This document shows, piece after piece, positions 1 through 7,615 of a stretch of 34,102 nucleotides of DNA. The translations under genes were made by a program, and so were the position numbers. Within the stretch, counting starts at the first letter, position 1; each line of letters starts with the position of its first letter. The notes below the pieces were generated by a model that was not told the DNA's origin, searched no databases, and saw only the letters and a program-made list of their open reading frames with translations. Source of the DNA: an uncultured Thermotogaceae bacterium (GTDB lineage Bacteria > Thermotogota > Thermotogae > MWEM01); NCBI GenBank assembly GCA_964472765.1, contig CAYYNI010000002.1, positions 1 through 34,102 on the forward strand. The letters run 5' to 3'.

Positions 1-41
1 AAAAAATCACCCCTGAATCTGATATTCGTTATTACAGGGGT
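1..41 (-). terminator. candidate rho-independent terminator downstream of galE (touches window edge)
   Basis: Read on the minus strand: a 7-bp stem (ACCCCTG 9-15 pairs with CAGGGGT 35-41), a 19-nt loop, then a U-run encoded by A1-A6. It lies about 60 nt past the galE stop. The loop is long and the run is cut by the window edge. Confidence 0.4.
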
Positions 42-104
42 AATTATAGCATTCATTAAGTTGTGGATGGTTCAAAGAATAAAAAGTTCTTTTAACGTAT
101 CATC

Positions 105-1094
105 TTATTCATCATACCCATTGGGATGGTTCTTGTGCCAATTCCAAGCGGTGGAAAGGATTTGCTCCAGATCACTGTATTGGGGTTTCCAGTTTAATTC
201 TTTGTTTATTTTTTCCGATGAGGCAATCAAAACGGCGGGGTCCCCGGCTCTTCTTTGTGTATTCACCACAGGAATATCTTTTTCCGTTACTTTTCGGGCA
301 GTTTCTATCACTTCATTCACAGAAAAACCCACACCATTTCCCAGATTGAACACCGTGCTTTTTCCGCCGGACAGCAATCTTTTCAGTGCCAGTATATGTG
401 CTGTTGCCAAATCCGATACGTGGATATAGTCCCGCACACAGGTGCCGTCTTTTGTGGGATAATCCGTTCCGTAAACGGCTATGTGTTCCCTTTTACCCAA
501 TGGAACTTGAAGGATAAGGGGGATGAGATGCGTTTCAGGCGTATGGTCTTCGCCAATTTCACCACTGGGATGGGCACCCGCTGCGTTAAAATATCTTAAG
601 GCGGTGTATTTTATATCATACGCATGGTCAGACCAATACAGTAATTTTTCCACGGTGAGTTTGGTTTCTCCATACGGGTTTTTTGGGATGGTTGGATCTG
701 ATTCTAGAATGGGAATCTGTTCAGGTTCACCATAGGTGGCGGCGGTTGATGAGAAAACGATATGGTTTACTTTGAATTCTCTCATCATTTCTAACAGGCA
801 GATTGTGCCGCTTACGTTGTTATCATAATACTTTAGTGGATTCTCCATACTTTCACCAACAAGTGAATCTGCTGCGAAATCGATGACGGCATCTATTCTT
901 TCCGATTCAAACAGTTCTCGTAATTCCGTCTCTGAGCGAATATCGCCGAGATAAAAGGGCACCTCTTTAGGTACGGCATGTCGATGTCCTTTATACAAAT
1001 TATCAAACACCACCACCTTTTCTCCACTTTCTAATAACGCCCTTACTGTATGACTGCCTATGTATCCTGCTCCTCCACAAACCAGTATTGACAT
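105..1094 (-). CDS. galE: UDP-glucose 4-epimerase
   Basis: 329-aa ORF. It has an N-terminal Rossmann motif (VCGGAGYIGSH), the SDR catalytic YxxxK (PYGETK), and full-length resemblance to GalE (DYIHVSDLA, NLGNG). AAAGGGGG lies 7 nt upstream of the ATG. Confidence 0.95.
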   Translation of the reverse strand: MSILVCGGAGYIGSHTVRALLESGEKVVVFDNLYKGHRHAVPKEVPFYLGDIRSETELRELFESERIDAVIDFAADSLVGESMENPLKYYDNNVSGTICLLEMMREFKVNHIVFSSTAATYGEPEQIPILESDPTIPKNPYGETKLTVEKLLYWSDHAYDIKYTALRYFNAAGAHPSGEIGEDHTPETHLIPLILQVPLGKREHIAVYGTDYPTKDGTCVRDYIHVSDLATAHILALKRLLSGGKSTVFNLGNGVGFSVNEVIETARKVTEKDIPVVNTQRRAGDPAVLIASSEKINKELNWKPQYSDLEQILSTAWNWHKNHPNGYDE

Positions 1095-1294
1095 GTTTTG
1101 ACCCCCTTTGTCGATTCCAAAAATTGTTCTTTGATTTAGTGTATAATATTGTGATTACAGTGAAAAATGTTGTTATAGATTTGTTTTCAGTATGTCTGTT
1201 GTTTATTGATGAATAAAAACAAGCTGTTTGAATTATACCACTGTTGTTTGTTTGACTTTGCAGTCAGTTTATAAAGTCAGTATGGAGGGATAAT

Positions 1295-3142
1295 ATGAAG
1301 GCAATAGGGTTGGTTTTAATGATGATTATGTTGAGTGTGTCCGTTTTAGGAGAGGAGTTCAAGACAATTACATACGATTTGACGGATCTTTATTATGATA
1401 ATGATTTGATTTCAACCGGGGTTGATCAAAATTACAACTTCTATTTTCCGGTTGTGAATACGGATGCAGTTGAATCTGGAAATTTTTTAGTATTTTACGA
1501 ATATGCACAGATAGCCGGTCCAGGCTCGATGCTTGTGTTCAGCATCGACGATGTCCCTGTTCAAACGGTTTTTCTTGAACAATCAAAAGGTCAGATGTCA
1601 CTTTCAATCCCTTCGGACTTTTTAAAACTGAATTCATTAGTCAAATTATCGTTGGCTATTACACTTGATTATTCCCTTTGTGATGATTCCCGAATCAACA
1701 AAGACGCTTTGTGGTTTAGAATAAAGAAAGAGAGTCGGCTTGAATATGCCTATTTGGAGCAGTCTATTGAAACGATCAGTGCTTTTCTTTCACCGATGAA
1801 TCCCGATCGGTTCTTTGAGCTGGTTTACGAGGGTTCTGATGAACAGTTTGTGTTGCTCACTCAAATGGCTCAGTATTTGGGCTATCTTTCAAGAGGGGTT
1901 AAAAGGCAATTGAATGTGGTTAATACGCCTACCGGTTTGCATAACTCGATTGAGATAAGCTCAGATTCATCCCGTGTGCAATTGGCAGATAACGGATCCA
2001 AGCTATCCATTGGAAAGGAAATTTCAGAGGTTTTTCCTTTCATTAACGTCATTCCCACGGACTCCTTGCTGGTTGAACAAGGGAGTGTTAAAGAGCGTAA
2101 TGATCATACCCTTTCCTTTTCAGATTTGAATATCAATACCATACGGACCGATGTGGTTTACAACAACCAGGTCAGTTTTCCGCTGACTTTGGATCGATTC
2201 GGCGGTGTTCCTGAAGAGGTTTGGTTGGATTTGAAATTCTCCTTTTTCAACAAATTGAGAGAGGAGGGATATTCTCTTAATATCTTTTTAAATGATGATT
2301 TGCTTCAATCCATTAACGTTTCACAATTTGATCATGAGCAACGCATGAATCTGAAAATAGCCGTTCCTTCTGATTATTTTAGGGCTTTTAACACATTGAG
2401 TTTTGAAATGGTTAATCAAAAGAGTGAATGTGATGAATTTTCTGTGATCATATACGATGATTCAACCTTTTCGTTCACCGATTCAAGGCCTTATCTCAAT
2501 CCGCTTATCAATGAATTCCCCTATAGTGTCTATGCCAGGACCCTTTATGTTGTTTCAAATTTTTCGGATGATACGGCCAAAGCAATAGTCAAACTGGCGT
2601 ATGAAAAAGGGCGTATCGCTTCAATGTATTTATCCCCGCAAGTGATAACAATGGAGGAATTTGCTCAGGATGAAACGGCATTGAGTCAATATGACAGTCT
2701 TGTTTTTCTGATTGATTCGGCTGACTTTTTCCCGTTAACCCAGTTGGTTCAACTCACCGATTCATTCAGTATTAGTGACGATGAAGGTGGAATGATATTT
2801 GAAGCGATGACTTCCGATGCCTTTGATGTGGTTTACAGCTTCAATTACAAAGGCTTACCGGCTGTTGCTTTTAGCGGTTTTTCAAAGTCATTTGGCCCTG
2901 TAGACAGCCGTTTTTTCATAAAAACTTCGCAAGCGGCATCCAATTTCGCACTTTTCAGTGAATCCGGTATCTTTGCTTTTGATGTCGGTGAAGAGAAATT
3001 GAGCGTTGAATCTGAAAGAAAGGATCAAGAGCAAACAAAATCCTTTTGGATGCAAAACAGATTGTGGATTGTTGTTTTGATCGTTGTAGTGATTCTGTAT
3101 ATTCTTATTAGCTCTTATAACAAAACATCCAAAGGCAGATAA
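1295..3142 (+). CDS. secreted, C-terminally membrane-anchored protein, BcsB-like (putative synthase regulatory/periplasmic subunit)
   Basis: 615-aa ORF with GGAGGG 5 nt upstream of the ATG. It has a signal peptide (MKAIGLVLMMIMLSVSVLG) and a single C-terminal TM helix (LWIVVLIVVVILYILISSY). Two internally repeated modules end in IPSDFL...SLCDD and VPSDYF...SECDE. The segment LNIFLNDDLLQSINVS resembles the conserved BcsB segment as I recall it from E. coli BcsB. The stop is 2 nt before the GT2 synthase start. The BcsB assignment is from memory, not from a search. Confidence 0.6.
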   Translation: MKAIGLVLMMIMLSVSVLGEEFKTITYDLTDLYYDNDLISTGVDQNYNFYFPVVNTDAVESGNFLVFYEYAQIAGPGSMLVFSIDDVPVQTVFLEQSKGQMSLSIPSDFLKLNSLVKLSLAITLDYSLCDDSRINKDALWFRIKKESRLEYAYLEQSIETISAFLSPMNPDRFFELVYEGSDEQFVLLTQMAQYLGYLSRGVKRQLNVVNTPTGLHNSIEISSDSSRVQLADNGSKLSIGKEISEVFPFINVIPTDSLLVEQGSVKERNDHTLSFSDLNINTIRTDVVYNNQVSFPLTLDRFGGVPEEVWLDLKFSFFNKLREEGYSLNIFLNDDLLQSINVSQFDHEQRMNLKIAVPSDYFRAFNTLSFEMVNQKSECDEFSVIIYDDSTFSFTDSRPYLNPLINEFPYSVYARTLYVVSNFSDDTAKAIVKLAYEKGRIASMYLSPQVITMEEFAQDETALSQYDSLVFLIDSADFFPLTQLVQLTDSFSISDDEGGMIFEAMTSDAFDVVYSFNYKGLPAVAFSGFSKSFGPVDSRFFIKTSQAASNFALFSESGIFAFDVGEEKLSVESERKDQEQTKSFWMQNRLWIVVLIVVVILYILISSYNKTSKGR

Positions 3143-3144
3143 GT

Positions 3145-5007
3145 ATGCCGGAAAGTTTAACGAAAGGGGAAAGGATTGGTCAAATCTGCATTCAAGAAGG
3201 TTTGATTACCCCTGAGCAATTGGATGAAGCCCTTATTATTCAGAAGAATAAAGGGGGCAGGATCGGATGGATTTTGTCATCCATGGGTTACATCAAACGG
3301 ATAGAGCTGTTCAGGGTTTTGAGTCAGCATTATTCACTGAAATTCGCCACCCCGGATTTTGACAGGATCAAGAAGACCATTGATAAATCACTTTTTCAGC
3401 GGATTACAAGGGAAGAAATACTTGATCGGCAGGCAATACCCTATCAAATGACGGGTGAGGGGACATTAATTCTATTGAATTCGTATCCCGGAACAGAAAA
3501 AACAAAACTTTTTTTTAAAGAACGGTTTGAAGTAAATGAGATTGAAGAATGGGTAATCACCGATCTGGATTTAGTGGATTTGGTTCAGACCGTTTATGCG
3601 GAAAAATTAGCCGATGATTCGATTTTTGGGTTGTTTTACCGTGAGCCGGATGAATCAGCTTACCGGGTGTTTTCATCCCGTCAAGTGGTTTTTTTTGCTG
3701 CGTTGACTTTGTTGGCAGCTGCTTTCATCTTTTTTTATCCACTGAAAACGCTGGGTTTTTTGATCTTCATCGCCCAGATGATATACCTGGTTATGATTGG
3801 GTTTAAATTTCTCCTCACCATTAACGGGTCAATCGATGAAATCACTTATAAGGAAAATAGCGAGGAACTTCGTGCGATTGCCGATTCGGAACTGCCTGTT
3901 TACACGATTCTTATACCCGTTTTCAAGGAACCCGATGTGATCAAAACGTTGATAGAGGCCGTAAAAAAGTTTGATTATCCTCAAAATAAGCTGGATGTAA
4001 TCTTATTGTTGGAGGAAAAGGACAAAGAGACCTATGAGGCAGCAAAAAAGGCTGAACCGCCCTCCAATTGGCGATTTTTGGTTATTCCACCATCCCAACC
4101 TCAAACCAAGCCAAAGGCCTGCAATTATGGTTTGTTTTTTTCCAGAGGGGAATATTTGGTTATTTACGATGCAGAGGATATTCCCGAACCGGATCAGCTA
4201 AAAAAATCCTATTTGGCTTTCAAAAACAATGACGAGTCTTACATTTGTTTTCAGGGGGCTTTGAACTATTTTAACAAAGATCAGAATTTGCTGACGAAAC
4301 TCTTTACTTTGGAATATTCCTATTGGTTTGATTACATGCTTCCGGGTTTATTCATGATGGATTTGCCCATTCCTTTGGGTGGAACCAGCAATCATTTCAA
4401 GGTTGACAAATTGCGTGAGATTGGCGGATGGGATCCTTTCAATACGACGGAAGATGCTGATTTGGGAATCAGGGCTTCCGCTGAGTCTTATCGAGTGGGG
4501 ATTATCCGTTCCACAACATATGAGGAAGCGAATCCACAGGTTTGGAATTGGATTCGCCAACGATCCAGATGGGTGAAAGGGTACATGCAAACCACGCTTG
4601 TTTACAACCGCCATCCTTTGAAGATGATCAAGGTCCTGGGATTAAAAAAGTGGCTGTCTTTTCAGTTTTTTATCGGGGGTACACCTCTTGTTTTTCTCAT
4701 CAATCCTATATTATGGAGTTTTTTTATACTGTGGATGACTGTCAACCCGGCGTTTTTAAATGAGATGTTTACCCCATTTACATTGGGGCTTTCACTTTTC
4801 AATTTTTTATTCGGAAACTTTTTAGGCATTTATATGAATCTGCTGGGCGCATTCAGAAGACGGAATTTTTCGCTGATTCCCATCAGTCTGCTGAACCCTT
4901 TTTATTGGTTGCTGCATTCAGCCGCTTCTTATAAGGCTTTGTGGCAATTACTTTATAAACCGCATTATTGGGAAAAAACGGTTCACGGCTTAAGCAAAAA
5001 GGATTGA
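3145..5007 (+). CDS. membrane-embedded processive family-2 glycosyltransferase (BcsA/PgaC/NodC-type synthase) with an N-terminal MshEN (T2SSE_N) c-di-GMP-binding domain
   Basis: 620-aa ORF. Residues 10-33 and 39-62 are tandem MshEN motifs. Hydrophobic helices span roughly residues 180-225. The GT2 core carries YDAED (4165-4179), TED (4447-4455) and QRSRW (4558-4572). Several C-terminal TM helices follow, and there is no PilZ domain. Confidence 0.85.
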   Translation: MPESLTKGERIGQICIQEGLITPEQLDEALIIQKNKGGRIGWILSSMGYIKRIELFRVLSQHYSLKFATPDFDRIKKTIDKSLFQRITREEILDRQAIPYQMTGEGTLILLNSYPGTEKTKLFFKERFEVNEIEEWVITDLDLVDLVQTVYAEKLADDSIFGLFYREPDESAYRVFSSRQVVFFAALTLLAAAFIFFYPLKTLGFLIFIAQMIYLVMIGFKFLLTINGSIDEITYKENSEELRAIADSELPVYTILIPVFKEPDVIKTLIEAVKKFDYPQNKLDVILLLEEKDKETYEAAKKAEPPSNWRFLVIPPSQPQTKPKACNYGLFFSRGEYLVIYDAEDIPEPDQLKKSYLAFKNNDESYICFQGALNYFNKDQNLLTKLFTLEYSYWFDYMLPGLFMMDLPIPLGGTSNHFKVDKLREIGGWDPFNTTEDADLGIRASAESYRVGIIRSTTYEEANPQVWNWIRQRSRWVKGYMQTTLVYNRHPLKMIKVLGLKKWLSFQFFIGGTPLVFLINPILWSFFILWMTVNPAFLNEMFTPFTLGLSLFNFLFGNFLGIYMNLLGAFRRRNFSLIPISLLNPFYWLLHSAASYKALWQLLYKPHYWEKTVHGLSKKD

Positions 5008-5012
5008 TCAAG

Positions 5013-6431
5013 ATGAAGATTACTCAATTTCCTTCTCTAAAAGACAATTGGAAAAGATTTCTTGTTTTTTTCATCCTTCTGGTTTTTCTTTATATGTTTA
5101 TCAGCCAACTGTTGATGGCACAAAATTTCTATCCGAATGTTGATCAGCGGATGTTATCCCGAATTTTACTTGATAAGGTACATTCCAGGGGATTTCTGGA
5201 ATCGGATTCTTTTGATATTCCTTTGTTTCTCTATTACAGTTTATGGTTTTTTCCTCAATGGCCGGCTTTTTTTTCCATTATCGTTGGAGCCTTTGTCATT
5301 TCTTTTCTGATTGTGTATGTTTTGGAAAATTTTAAGACCCCTCTGATCAAAATTGTTTTTTCATCTGCCATCGCTCTGTTGCCATCCTCTGTTTACGTGA
5401 TATCAAATCAGCCCATGATTGCTCTGTTGATGTTTTTTTTCAGTCTCGCTCTGTATTTTTTGCTTGAATTTTATCAATCTCAAAGGGTATTTTATCTTTT
5501 TTTGTCTGCCATCGCCTTCGGATTGCAGTTTTATATACAATTTCAATTTTTCTGGCTGGGTCTTTTGTTGATTCTTTTTTTTGCCGTGAGTTACTGGAAA
5601 ACGGGTTTAATTATCAATTATCTGATTACCATTCTATTTCCTTTGCTGTTTTTCTTACTGAGTTGGTTTTTTCTCATTTGGGTTTTTCGTGGGGATCTTT
5701 CTCGTTTGAGCACTCAAGTGTTTAGTCTGGATTTGAAAAACGGTATAAACTGTCTGTTTCAATGTTTTCAAACGAATTTGATCAGCCGATGGCCGATTAT
5801 GCTGTTTTATTTGTATATTTTATTCAGGGTGGGCCGATACCGTTCGTTTTATCGCTCGCCGCTTTTTTTAGCCTTTATGGCACCATTTATCCTCATTTTT
5901 ATTTTAGGGACCGGTGGCAATCAGACATCCACGTCTGCCTTTATTATTCTGTCTTTGATGAACTTGATTATCTTATTCCCCTATTTGGGACCCCTGGTTA
6001 ATGAAAAACGCCAAAAAGTCGTGATAGCCATTTTCCTGATTTTTATTTTTGCTTATGATGTCTGTTCCTTTTTGTATTTGAGAAGGGAGAATGAAGGAGC
6101 TTTTTTAAAGGCGTTTCAAGGGGAATACAAAAATGAGTCGGTAGCAGAATACCGTATAGCTGCTTCTCAATTGACGCCGTTCCACTCGGTTTTAACGGAT
6201 ACGGAATACACCTATCCGATTTTTTGTTTTTACGAGGGAAACGGAACAATCATAACAAAAGGCTCCCCACTTTATCAAACGGCTATGGCCAATCCTGCGC
6301 ATTTTGCCCAGGCTTATTTGGTTGACAAACAGTCAATGTCAATCAGTCAGGATTCTGAGAGATTATCTGAGGCGTATGGCTATCGCTATTACGAATCGGA
6401 ACGGTTTATCATCTTTAGCACACAAAAATAA
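5013..6431 (+). CDS. polytopic integral membrane protein of unknown function with a C-terminal soluble domain (possibly GT-C-like or polysaccharide-handling)
   Basis: The ORF track starts at 4968, inside the upstream gene. I prefer ATG 5013 (MKITQFPSL), which lies 5 nt after the GT2 stop with AAAGGA upstream. The protein is very Phe/Leu-rich with roughly ten or more hydrophobic segments, followed by a hydrophilic tail of about 100 aa. No catalytic motif was recognised. Confidence 0.7.
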   Translation: MKITQFPSLKDNWKRFLVFFILLVFLYMFISQLLMAQNFYPNVDQRMLSRILLDKVHSRGFLESDSFDIPLFLYYSLWFFPQWPAFFSIIVGAFVISFLIVYVLENFKTPLIKIVFSSAIALLPSSVYVISNQPMIALLMFFFSLALYFLLEFYQSQRVFYLFLSAIAFGLQFYIQFQFFWLGLLLILFFAVSYWKTGLIINYLITILFPLLFFLLSWFFLIWVFRGDLSRLSTQVFSLDLKNGINCLFQCFQTNLISRWPIMLFYLYILFRVGRYRSFYRSPLFLAFMAPFILIFILGTGGNQTSTSAFIILSLMNLIILFPYLGPLVNEKRQKVVIAIFLIFIFAYDVCSFLYLRRENEGAFLKAFQGEYKNESVAEYRIAASQLTPFHSVLTDTEYTYPIFCFYEGNGTIITKGSPLYQTAMANPAHFAQAYLVDKQSMSISQDSERLSEAYGYRYYESERFIIFSTQK

Positions 6432-6472
6432 ACCATATATGATTGAAATCTATAATATCAACCAATAACGGA

Positions 6473-7615
6473 TTATTTCGTTTTTCTTAAGAAGAACTCG
6501 CCCCGATCAGGTCTAAATTGGAAGATCGTTACGTGTTCGGCGTTGTAATCCCTGTATTTGTCGTTGGAGATAATGTGGTATTTTTTTTCGTAGGCAATTT
6601 TTAAGACCAGTTCATCGGCGGGGGAATAGAAGCTTACGTTGGGGTTATTCAGAAAATTCTTTTCCCAATAATCCCTTTTTTTGTTGATGATAAAATCCGC
6701 ATTGGCATCAAATACAAAAAGCAATGGAAAGTAGAGTGTTTCAGTGATGCCCAATACATTCAACAGTTCTTTCAGTCTCAACGGATCCGGTTCTATCAAA
6801 CCTGAAAAGATGATATTGCTGCCGTCAATCACCAGACCAGTTTTGGATGTTTGCGTAATGATGCGTCTGAGGTAAGGATGGATGGAATGCGCTTTTAGTG
6901 TTTCGATCATGGCGTCTTTTTGTGAAGGTTCCAACGTTGAATAAAATTCTTGTATCCATTTTATTTCAAATTCTTTCAACCGATAGGGATCCAGTTGTTG
7001 AACCTCTTGAACGATCTCGTTTTGTATTTTGATATCTTGTGAATCCGAAAAGGGACTTGTTCTTACTCCGCCGGAAGACTCGCTGTGTGATAGGGTTTTA
7101 AAGGCAGCTTCCAATTCGATGGGATCTTTGAAATAATCAGCTAAATCCGTTCCTTTTATTTTCTGTGAAAGAAGTGTGTTGAACGTTAGGTAGGACATTC
7201 CGGAAATGTTGATCCCTAAGGTTCTTTTAGCATGCGTTAAAAGAGCCGCTGAGGGAAAATAAAAAAAACGGGGTGCGGTGTAAAATAAAAAAGGGGCAAT
7301 AGTCCAGTCGTCGCATTCCAAGATTTTTAACGATTCGTTAAATCTTGTCTGAAATTTGCCTTTGCCGTAGAGTATTTCATCCAAAGCAATGACGATGCTG
7401 AGGGGGTCTTTCAATTTAAGTTTGTCAAACAGTCTTTGATCGCATTTTTTAAGAAGCGTATGGAGTTCCTTTTTTGACAGGTTCTTCAGGTGTTCCCTTG
7501 AGCAACTTGTTCGGATGGCTTTTGATTTGGCTCTTAAGTCGCTTAGATTTTTCAGATATTGGGCATCATAGGCGATATCCTTTAACTTTTTCAACTGTTC
7601 ATCACATTCCTCCAT
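6473..7615 (-). CDS. protein with a C-terminal Zc3h12a-like NYN (PIN-like) ribonuclease domain and an uncharacterised N-terminal region of about 250 aa
   Basis: 380-aa ORF. Residues 260-358 read LVIDGSNII ... FVFDANAD ... ADELVLKIAYEKKYHIISNDKYRD. This parallels the MCPIP1/Zc3h12a NYN core (VVIDGSNVA ... [24 protein letters not shown]), including the acidic residues. The start overlaps the upstream transporter stop by 14 nt and has no clear SD. Confidence 0.7.
   Translation of the reverse strand: MEECDEQLKKLKDIAYDAQYLKNLSDLRAKSKAIRTSCSREHLKNLSKKELHTLLKKCDQRLFDKLKLKDPLSIVIALDEILYGKGKFQTRFNESLKILECDDWTIAPFLFYTAPRFFYFPSAALLTHAKRTLGINISGMSYLTFNTLLSQKIKGTDLADYFKDPIELEAAFKTLSHSESSGGVRTSPFSDSQDIKIQNEIVQEVQQLDPYRLKEFEIKWIQEFYSTLEPSQKDAMIETLKAHSIHPYLRRIITQTSKTGLVIDGSNIIFSGLIEPDPLRLKELLNVLGITETLYFPLLFVFDANADFIINKKRDYWEKNFLNNPNVSFYSPADELVLKIAYEKKYHIISNDKYRDYNAEHVTIFQFRPDRGEFFLRKTK

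Noticed and set aside
61-735. ORF-track entries on the plus strand (61-429, 255-599, 523-735) antisense to galE. There are similar nested antisense or out-of-frame ORFs inside other genes, for example 4348-4614, 7708-8265, 9286-10429, 13821-14375, 18326-19381, 19682-20548, 21408-22438 and 26053-26565.
   Set aside because: All lie entirely within, or opposite to, long ORFs with unmistakable family signatures. They have no SD sequences and their composition is odd (Cys/Arg/Ser-rich or low-complexity), as expected from translating the wrong frame. I treat them as spurious.
1095-1294. A possible c-di-GMP riboswitch or other structured leader upstream of the BcsB-like/MshEN-GT2 operon. There is also an imperfect palindrome, TGTTTATT-gatg-AATAAAAACA, at about 1199-1222.
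   Set aside because: The region is very AT-rich, with no GC-rich helices or conserved GEMM-type elements that I can recognise. The palindrome is imperfect (a 2-nt bulge) and made of low-complexity A/T, so I cannot support an operator or riboswitch call. I also could not find a -35/-10 pair with proper spacing: TATAAT at 1142-1147 and TTGACT at 1252-1257 both lack correctly spaced partners.
6432-6472. A possible terminator between the convergent membrane-protein and NYN genes.
   Set aside because: The 41-nt gap is AT-rich with no stable GC stem, so no terminator can be supported from sequence.
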